A stretch of 49,132 nt of DNA from Bacteroidales bacterium. Its GTDB lineage: Bacteria; Bacteroidota; Bacteroidia; Bacteroidales; VadinHA17. The position numbers and the translations under genes are program-made. The notes below the pieces were generated by a model that was not told the origin of the DNA, ran no database searches, and saw only the letters and a list, made by a program, of their open reading frames with translations. The first letter of the stretch is position 1. Every line of letters begins with the position of its first letter. The DNA is taken from contig JANNKF010000170.1 in NCBI GenBank assembly GCA_031396165.1, positions 1 to 49,132 of the forward strand, given 5' to 3'. Of this stretch, positions 1-6,977 are shown one piece after another.

Positions 1-262
1 ATTTCGGTGCTATGCACCTTCAGATTTTCTATAATCCCTGCTTTTCTATAAATATTACGGTGCTCTGCACCTTCGGGCTTTTTATATTCACATTCATTCT
101 ACAAATATTGTGGTGCTCTACACCTTCATTTTTATCACGCCTCTGTGCCATATATTAGAATATCAGGCACCAGTCAGCCGGAAAGCGGTAGAGCCACGAA
201 ATATTTGTAGATTAATAGTTCAGGAATAATTACAAAGAGGTGCAGAGCACCGGAATATAATT
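1..262. repeat. Cluster of five copies of a ~25-30 bp hairpin repeat unit (family F1: TCTA[C/T]AAATATT-N2-3-GGTGC-NNN-GCACC-TT)
   Basis: Units read directly: 1-20 (forward, cut by window edge, GGTGC-TAT-GCACC); 43-73 (forward, TTTCTATAAATATTACGGTGCTCTGCACCTT); 97-126 (forward, TTCTACAAATATTGTGGTGCTCTACACCTT); 187-212 (reverse, degenerate, ends ...CGAAATATTTGTAGAT); 238-262 (reverse, AGGTGCAGAGCACCGGAATATAATT). The same unit recurs at 3218-3349 and 21457-21718. Confidence 0.8.
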
Positions 263-300
263 TTCGGAAATTATTGGAAACACCACCTATTAAATATTAT

Positions 301-459
301 ATGACTATCGGCAATCATGAATAAGATATAGCAAAATGCTTGAAAATCAATTTATTTACCCCAGCCCCAAGGGGAGTAAATTGATTTTCTTCGCTCCCCA
401 TGGGGTCTGGGTAAACGAAGAAAATCAATGTATCTTTATGCATGATTGCCGATACTCAT
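301..459. mobile_element. MITE-like non-autonomous element (family F2), 159 bp, with terminal inverted repeats and target-site duplication
   Basis: TIR-L 301-319 ATGACTATCGGCAATCATG and TIR-R 441-459 CATGATTGCCGATACTCAT are 18/19 complementary. A perfect direct repeat TAAATATTAT abuts both ends (291-300 and 460-469). The interior is hairpin-rich with no credible ORF. A diverged second copy lies at 28901-29057. Confidence 0.75.
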
Positions 460-538
460 TAAATATTATTATGATAATCCAAAGTATTTATTCACTGCTA
501 TTTGCTTATTTTAGTCAAAATTTATAACACTTCAATAT

Positions 539-3085
539 ATGAAAAAACAACTCTTACTGTCAATTTTAACGACTGTGCTAACTCTCTGCTTCTGTGGAGC
601 CTTGGTGGCACAGGATTCACCACGCACACACGAATCATTCAACCAGGGTTGGAAATTCGTTAAGTATTTCAATGCTTCCGACGATGCAGAAATGTCAGAC
701 AAGGAACCTGCAAACCTTCAGCTTCCTTCTGTAAATGACAATAACTGGCGCACACTCGACCTTCCGCACGACTGGGCAATAGAAGGTCCTTTCAGCGATA
801 CGCTTGAGAATAATACCGGTCTTCTTCCTTGGAAAGGCATCGGATGGTACAGAAAACATTTTAATGTCAGTGAAAATGATAAAGGCAAGCGCATTTACGT
901 AAGTTTCGATGGTGCAATGGCGAATGCAAAAGTCTGGCTAAATGGAAAATATGTTGGAGAATGGCCATATGGCTATACAGCTTTTCAGCTTGACCTCACT
1001 CCTTATGTGATTGCTGGAAAAGAGAATATTATCGCTGTCATACTCGATACAAAAAACTGGGATTCAAGATGGTACCCGGGAGCCGGACTCTACCGTAACG
1101 TTTGGCTCACAAAAACCACACCTCTTCACCTGGCTTACAATGGTGTCTTCTGCTCTACACCTGAAATAAAGAAAGAGCGGGGAATGGTCAGTGTAAAAGC
1201 TGAAGTTGAAAATCATTTTAATGAAGTGGTTCCCGTTACTTTAAAAGCACAGATCTATAAGCTGAATGATAAATTTGAGATTACCGGCGCCCCTGTAGCT
1301 GAATCTGTTGTAGTTACAGCATCAATACCTGCCTTGAAGAACCACGATTTCAGATTTGATATTCCTGTTCCAAATCCTGTTTTGTGGGATGTCTATCAGC
1401 CTGAACTATACAGGGTTGCTGTTACAGTAATGCAGGGTACCACAGTAACTGACAAGTATGAAACCAATTTCGGTTTCAGAACAATAGTTTTTACACCACG
1501 TGATGGCATGCTTGTTAATGGTAAAAGAACCGAAATAAAAGGTGTTTGTAACCACCACGACCTTGGAGCACTCGGAGCTGCTTTCAACACACGTGCTGCT
1601 GAGCGTCAGCTTGAAATTCTTAAGGAGATGGGATGTAATGCCATAAGAACAAGTCACAACCCTCCTGCCCCGGAGCTTGTGGACCTGTGCGACAAGATGG
1701 GTTTCCTCATCCAGGTGGAAGCATTCGACACGTGGAGGATCGGCAAGAAAAGAAAAGACTACAATCTTCAGTTCAATGCCTGGCATCTGGAAGATGTAGC
1801 AGCAATGGTACGCCAGCACCGGAATAATCCATCGGTATTCATGTGGAGTATCGGAAACGAGGTACCTGACCAGAGAAATCCATACCTTTCGTCGGCCCTC
1901 AACACAATAGTAAAATCTGAAGATAATACTCGTCCGGTAACCGCAGGATGCAACGATGCGAATGCCGGAACAAACGGTTTCCAAAAAACGCTGGATGTGT
2001 TTGGAATCAACTATCACTTAGGCGATTACCAGAGGTTTTACGATCTTCCTGATAATGCTGCAAGAGGAATGTATTCAAGCGAATCAGCTTCAACGGTTAG
2101 TTCCAGGGGTGAATATTATTTCCCTGTCGTTACCGGCGACCTCAATAACAATCTTCCCGGCAAAGGGAGATTCCAGGTAAGTTCTTATGATATGGCATAT
2201 CCGGGCTGGGCAAGTACACCCGATCAGCAGTTCACACTTCTCGATAAATTTCCTGCAACTTATGGTGAATTTGTATGGACCGGTTTCGATTACATTGGAG
2301 AACCCACACCATACGGAGGCGACCTTACGGGTGTTGCACCTTCATCGAGAAGATATGAGCAAACCAAAAAGATGCTCGATGATAACGGAGTAAAAGAGGT
2401 TCCATCGCGCAGCAGCTATTTCGGAATAATCGATCTGGCAGGATTCAAAAAAGACCGCTTTTATATTTATCAGGCTAAGTGGAGATCTGAACTGCCTATG
2501 GCTCACATACTTCCTCACTGGAACTGGCCGGAAAGAAAAGGACAGGTTACACCGGTTCATGTTTATACCTCAGGTGATGAAGCTGAACTCTTCCTCAATG
2601 GAAAATCACTCGGCAGGAAGAAGAAAGCACAGTTTGAATACAGGTTGAAGTGGGATGATGTTGTTTACCAGCCCGGGGAATTAAAGGTTATTGCCTACAA
2701 AAACGGAGTCAAATGGGCCGAAGATATAATGAGAACTACTGAAAAAGCATCATTATTGTCACTGGCACCCGACAGACCGGCTGTTCGTCCCGATGGAAAT
2801 GACCTGATATTCATAACTGTACGTATTGAAGACAAAAATAAATTGCTTGTTCCCGGGACAAGCAACCTTGTAAACTTCGCAATTGAAGGTCCGGGTAAAA
2901 TCGTTGCAGTAGATAACGGCGATGCAACAAGTTACGAACCTTTCCAGGCATCAACAAGAAAAGCCTATAATGGGATGGCTCTTGTAATAGTCAAAGCCGA
3001 CAAGGGAGCAACCGGATCATTTACGGTAAAAGCAAGCTCAAAAGGATTGAAAGAAGCATCTGCAGTGATTAAGATAGCCAACTGA
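539..3085 (+). CDS. Glycoside hydrolase family 2 (beta-galactosidase/beta-glucuronidase-like), secreted
   Basis: 848-aa ORF with ATG start and signal peptide MKKQLLLSILTTVLTLCFCGALVAQ. GH2 TIM-barrel motifs CNHHDLGALGAA, IRTSHNPPAPELVDLCDKMGF, acid/base region WSIGNEV and FVWTGFDYIGEP. Confidence 0.9.
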   Translation: MKKQLLLSILTTVLTLCFCGALVAQDSPRTHESFNQGWKFVKYFNASDDAEMSDKEPANLQLPSVNDNNWRTLDLPHDWAIEGPFSDTLENNTGLLPWKGIGWYRKHFNVSENDKGKRIYVSFDGAMANAKVWLNGKYVGEWPYGYTAFQLDLTPYVIAGKENIIAVILDTKNWDSRWYPGAGLYRNVWLTKTTPLHLAYNGVFCSTPEIKKERGMVSVKAEVENHFNEVVPVTLKAQIYKLNDKFEITGAPVAESVVVTASIPALKNHDFRFDIPVPNPVLWDVYQPELYRVAVTVMQGTTVTDKYETNFGFRTIVFTPRDGMLVNGKRTEIKGVCNHHDLGALGAAFNTRAAERQLEILKEMGCNAIRTSHNPPAPELVDLCDKMGFLIQVEAFDTWRIGKKRKDYNLQFNAWHLEDVAAMVRQHRNNPSVFMWSIGNEVPDQRNPYLSSALNTIVKSEDNTRPVTAGCNDANAGTNGFQKTLDVFGINYHLGDYQRFYDLPDNAARGMYSSESASTVSSRGEYYFPVVTGDLNNNLPGKGRFQVSSYDMAYPGWASTPDQQFTLLDKFPATYGEFVWTGFDYIGEPTPYGGDLTGVAPSSRRYEQTKKMLDDNGVKEVPSRSSYFGIIDLAGFKKDRFYIYQAKWRSELPMAHILPHWNWPERKGQVTPVHVYTSGDEAELFLNGKSLGRKKKAQFEYRLKWDDVVYQPGELKVIAYKNGVKWAEDIMRTTEKASLLSLAPDRPAVRPDGNDLIFITVRIEDKNKLLVPGTSNLVNFAIEGPGKIVAVDNGDATSYEPFQASTRKAYNGMALVIVKADKGATGSFTVKASSKGLKEASAVIKIAN

Positions 3086-3127
3086 TCCCCAAAGTAATAC
3101 GCTGTTTTGGCATAAACTGATTGAGAT

Positions 3128-3173
3128 GGCAGGTACTTTGAATCTAAATTCATGTACCTGCCTTTGTTATTTT
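3128..3173 (+). terminator. Rho-independent terminator candidate downstream of the GH2 gene
   Basis: Stem GGCAGGTAC (3128-3136) pairs with GTACCTGCC (3154-3162), with a 17-nt loop, followed by TTTGTTATTTT (3163-3173). Confidence 0.6.
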
Positions 3174-3217
3174 CAAAAACTTGTTTGCTATTGAATTATA
3201 TTTCAATCATTTGATTT

Positions 3218-3349
3218 AATATTTCGGTGAGCTGCACCTTTGTCTTCCATGACAAACATTTATCTACAAATACCTGCCTGCCGGCAGGCAGGTATTTGTA
3301 GAAATGTTGTTGAAATATATAACAAAAAGGTGCAGAGCACCGAAATATT
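3218..3349. repeat. Composite palindrome: F1 unit (forward), perfect 38-bp palindrome, F1 unit (reverse)
   Basis: 3218-3241 AATATTTCGGTGAGCTGCACCTTT is the reverse complement (2 mismatches) of 3326-3349 AAAGGTGCAGAGCACCGAAATATT. The centre 3264-3301 CTACAAATACCTGCCTGCC|GGCAGGCAGGTATTTGTAG is a perfect palindrome, checked base by base. It lies between convergent genes, 10 nt past the stop of the minus-strand operon. Confidence 0.85.
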
Positions 3350-3358
3350 TAGTTCAGA

Positions 3359-4075
3359 TTAATCGAGATACCGGATCAGGTTTATTATTTCCTGAATATT
3401 TTTTATTCTGAATTTAGCGCTCTCACTGAAGAATTTCCTGATCTCTTTCTCTTTTTGAGGGAAAAACGGGGCTAAGCTTTTACGGGTAAATTTTCTGAAA
3501 CCAACAACTCCGGCATCCGGAAACACCACATAGTATACAGGCTCTTCTTTATACAGATCCTTAAGAATATAGCTTTTATGCATCGGAACCGTAACCTGTT
3601 TTTCGAAATAGAATGAGTGCAGGACATAAAGCGACATTTTACCACGGTATAATTCCTGTCCGAAGATCTCTATGGAATCGGAAAAATTATCCCTTTTTAC
3701 TTTCAATCGTCTGAAATAAACCGATGTATCTCCCTCAATATTAAGAAAATGAAAACGCAATACTGATTGTTTATCCAGTTTGATCGTTTTGTTTGAAGCA
3801 GGTTCAAGCCAGAATAGTTCATCAAGCAATCCATTATACCTGAGTTTCACATTTCTTACAAGTCGTCCGTCATTTAATTGTACCACTCCTACAAGCCATT
3901 CCCTGTTGAAATATGTTGTGATATCGGGCGATAAGGCTGGCGCAAAAAGTTCACCTGAGAGCAATGTCTCAATAGTAATACCTCTTTCATTCAGTGTATT
4001 AAATCCTGACTGACTGAATCCATTAATAGCGATTCCCCAGACAGATAAAAAAACTATAAGAATTTTTGTCCCCAT
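3359..4075 (-). CDS. Hypothetical secreted protein, last gene of the TonB-receptor operon
   Basis: 238-aa ORF with ATG start, only 3 nt downstream of the preceding same-strand gene. Signal peptide MGTKILIVFLSVWGIAINGFSQ. No family recognised. Confidence 0.7.
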   Translation of the reverse strand: MGTKILIVFLSVWGIAINGFSQSGFNTLNERGITIETLLSGELFAPALSPDITTYFNREWLVGVVQLNDGRLVRNVKLRYNGLLDELFWLEPASNKTIKLDKQSVLRFHFLNIEGDTSVYFRRLKVKRDNFSDSIEIFGQELYRGKMSLYVLHSFYFEKQVTVPMHKSYILKDLYKEEPVYYVVFPDAGVVGFRKFTRKSLAPFFPQKEKEIRKFFSESAKFRIKNIQEIINLIRYLD

Positions 4076-4078
4076 GAA

Positions 4079-5836
4079 TCACCTGGATTGAATTGTAACA
4101 ACTGCGGACCCGCTAACCGGAATCCCTTCTGCGGTAATGCCCTGAATACTAATCATATATCTGCCAGCCAAATCAGACGCGTAACATTCCACTGTTTTCT
4201 TTTCATTGTTACCAATCGTGAAATCGGGTTCCCACAACAATACCTGCCTGAGATCGGGATGATGTGGTGCTATGTTCCCTGATTTGAAAGGAACAGGGGT
4301 TGTGTATGGCTGGCTGAAAGGAGCCATATATCTTATTGCCGGGGTTTTAAACCGTACATTATTTATTTCATTTTTATTGCTTGAAACGTCAAGTATTCCG
4401 TTAAATGATAACGATCCGTAAAACCTGATTGCCGGCAATGGAACAATACATTTTAAATCTTTTGTGCCGAGCTTAATGATCTGGTTTACATCGTCTATCG
4501 GGACTCCATCGAGAAAAATTAAAGGTTCGTCCACTGATTCAGACTGATATTGCAGATTCGAAAAATCTGAAACATATCCGTCCTTCATCTTTCTGACTTT
4601 AAAAGATGGCAGAATCTCACGCGATATTTCAATAAAATCGGGAAGTTCTATATAATCCGCAGGTAAAACAGCATCGTAATTATTATAATACACCCGTGGT
4701 ATCGTATTTGAAGCCGGAAATACCTTTTGAGTGTCCAACAACACTTTTTTGTTATAAAATCTTTGAATCTGAGCAATCCGGCTGTTTCTTTTCAGAATCT
4801 CTTTAATTCCGGGAATAACATATTTTTCAGATGACTGGAATAATTGCGGAATGCTTGTTTTAGTGTCAATCACAATAGTTGCATCGCTCTTTTCCTTTAG
4901 CCTGATAATTAACTCTTTCCCTAAATAATAAGGGTTAAGAATAAATGAAAATGAACCGGTTGAGTCGGATGAAGTGTACTGCATATTTGCAATAGTGTCA
5001 ATTGCAGAAAGCAGTACTGTGAATTTATTAACAGCACCTGGTTCGCCACTGCCATGGCTTGACCGTGAACTACCCGGTTGCAGCCCGGAATAAATTTTAC
5101 CCTGCAAAACTGTTCCATTTGACTCCGGTAAATATTTGAATTGAACAGGATCATTATTTACCAGTTCTCCGCTTTCAAACTCCCTGGTAAAATAATCAGT
5201 TATCGATTGTCCTCTGTGAATCCCGGGGATAACTTCAGTTACGGAGATTGAAAGCCGGCTTAAGGAATTAGCAGGAAGATTTTTTGTCTCAATATAAAAT
5301 GAGATTTTTTCACGTGAATAATAAACCTGTTTATCGGATTGTATTAAAATATTATCAGCTATGACCGAGCTGACCACTTTTTCAGGTCCGCTGGCAGCAG
5401 CGACTTCTCCTGCATTCATTTCATCTAAAAATTTTAAATCCTCATCGAAACGGTTTGAAATCAGGATCTCTTTTCGGAAAATGGTCTCCTCCACGTTCCT
5501 CATAAGATTTGTGTAAGAGGAAATCTGGTAAAAACCCGATGACAAGGTATCCGGCAACAAAAAAGAGCCAAAAGATTTATTATTGTTCATTTCAAGCCTG
5601 AGATGCACTACAAGAGTATTTTTCCGGTCGCTCAGTAACAGGTAAGCATATCTGCTACCCGTCTCGTGACTTCCATTCAAATAAACAGAAAAGAACAGAT
5701 ACTCGCCGGCAGTATAAATATTTCTGTCGGTTTGAAGATAGATCCTCTCAGGATGTAACACCTCAATATTCTTTTGTGTACCCGCCGAACAAAGAATATT
5801 GCATAAAATAAGAGATATAAATAACAATGTTTTCAT
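4079..5836 (-). CDS. Hypothetical secreted protein (possible MG2-like beta-sandwich start and plug-like C-terminal segment)
   Basis: 585-aa ORF with ATG start, 9 nt after the upstream gene. Signal peptide MKTLLFISLILCNILCSAG. By eye only: DRNIYTAGEYLFFSVYL resembles alpha-2-macroglobulin MG2-type repeats, and EPLIFLDGVPIDDVNQII resembles a TonB-receptor plug motif. Confidence 0.6.
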   Translation of the reverse strand: MKTLLFISLILCNILCSAGTQKNIEVLHPERIYLQTDRNIYTAGEYLFFSVYLNGSHETGSRYAYLLLSDRKNTLVVHLRLEMNNNKSFGSFLLPDTLSSGFYQISSYTNLMRNVEETIFRKEILISNRFDEDLKFLDEMNAGEVAAASGPEKVVSSVIADNILIQSDKQVYYSREKISFYIETKNLPANSLSRLSISVTEVIPGIHRGQSITDYFTREFESGELVNNDPVQFKYLPESNGTVLQGKIYSGLQPGSSRSSHGSGEPGAVNKFTVLLSAIDTIANMQYTSSDSTGSFSFILNPYYLGKELIIRLKEKSDATIVIDTKTSIPQLFQSSEKYVIPGIKEILKRNSRIAQIQRFYNKKVLLDTQKVFPASNTIPRVYYNNYDAVLPADYIELPDFIEISREILPSFKVRKMKDGYVSDFSNLQYQSESVDEPLIFLDGVPIDDVNQIIKLGTKDLKCIVPLPAIRFYGSLSFNGILDVSSNKNEINNVRFKTPAIRYMAPFSQPYTTPVPFKSGNIAPHHPDLRQVLLWEPDFTIGNNEKKTVECYASDLAGRYMISIQGITAEGIPVSGSAVVTIQSR

Positions 5837-5845
5837 ATTTCAGTA

Positions 5846-6976
5846 TTACGGGACCCAGAATGGGGGGACTTTATCGATCATACAACCATTGCGACTCACC
5901 GGGAGTTTATACGGTATTTTTGTAATCGGGTACTGATCACGTGCATTTCTGAACCCTACCAAATATGCAGTACGACTCACAGCCGACGCTTCAAAAAAAC
6001 CAAAAACTTTCAGGGTGCTGTCCGATATGCATCTTAAATTTCCCTGGAGTTGTGAAGCGATAGGATCGAACAATTTACCCTCCGACCTGAGAAGCACATC
6101 AATTTTCTTATAGTACTCGTAGCTTTGAGAATTGAGTGTATACTGATTCAGATACAGGATCCGATGCGCCACGGTATAGGATTGCCGGTTTGCTGTTGCG
6201 ACCGATGTAAAAGATTGATCCGGCTTTTTTTTACCCAGCCCGTAAACAATGCCGTTTACATTTGTATGTTCGTTCAGAAAGTAAATTTCATGCCTTGTAA
6301 CTGATGTGGAATTTGAGGAATAATCCCTGTTTACAATATTTACACCGGAGCTTGAATTATCTGTCTGCCAGCAGTAAAAGGAGTACAACGGTGGATCGAT
6401 CATTTCTGGCGGGATATACAGGGCATAAAAATATTGTTCAACCAGGTCCGAAGTAAACCTGAAATGTGGAAGCGTATCATCGTGGCCTCTGATATCAGCC
6501 ATAATATTTGCTCCACGGACGGTAACCACTCTCTGATTGAATCTGCTTATTGATTCCTGATAGTCAACCTCAGCATAAATACTGTCGGGATAAAACCTGA
6601 TCTCTACCCGTTGTGGTTCTGATTCAAAAATCTCACCATCGGATGTCTCTATCCTGAGTTTATATGTCCTGCCCGGAATACCACTGAATTTCAAAGAATC
6701 AGAATAATAACTGCCACTTTTTCGTTCTCTGAATAAGTATGTATTATTCAGATCATCGGTTACAGAAACATTTGCCGATGTGACACGTAGCTTCTGGCTC
6801 TTTGAATCAAACGGCAGGGCATAACCAAGATTGACAACATAAGAAGCCAGTTCATTCGTCACCATCCCTTCAACAACCAGTATTCTATCATTTGCTTCAA
6901 TACCAGGACTATATGGTTTATAGCAGGAAGCCAGCATACAGAAAAAAAGCAATATCGTTCTAATTACCAGTTTCAT
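5846..6976 (-). CDS. DUF4249-like lipoprotein, partner of the upstream TonB-dependent receptor
   Basis: 376-aa ORF whose start lies 1 nt after the receptor stop. Lipobox-type signal MKLVIRTILLFFCMLASC. Its size, lipoprotein nature and position directly after a CarboxypepD_reg-type receptor are typical of DUF4249. The family call is from context and memory. Confidence 0.55.
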   Translation of the reverse strand: MKLVIRTILLFFCMLASCYKPYSPGIEANDRILVVEGMVTNELASYVVNLGYALPFDSKSQKLRVTSANVSVTDDLNNTYLFRERKSGSYYSDSLKFSGIPGRTYKLRIETSDGEIFESEPQRVEIRFYPDSIYAEVDYQESISRFNQRVVTVRGANIMADIRGHDDTLPHFRFTSDLVEQYFYALYIPPEMIDPPLYSFYCWQTDNSSSGVNIVNRDYSSNSTSVTRHEIYFLNEHTNVNGIVYGLGKKKPDQSFTSVATANRQSYTVAHRILYLNQYTLNSQSYEYYKKIDVLLRSEGKLFDPIASQLQGNLRCISDSTLKVFGFFEASAVSRTAYLVGFRNARDQYPITKIPYKLPVSRNGCMIDKVPPFWVP

Positions 6977-6977
6977 C

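Noticed and set aside
336-527. 63-aa ORF upstream of the GH2 gene
   Set aside because: It runs through the hairpins and right TIR of the 301-459 MITE. It has no signal or family resemblance, so it is best explained as a repeat-generated ORF.
1406-2017. Long antisense or alternate-frame ORFs inside confident genes (also 10979-11398, 23917-24405, 31517-31966, 36069-36764, 41717-42181)
   Set aside because: Each is fully nested in a gene with strong family motifs on the other strand or frame. None shows a recognisable motif or signal peptide.
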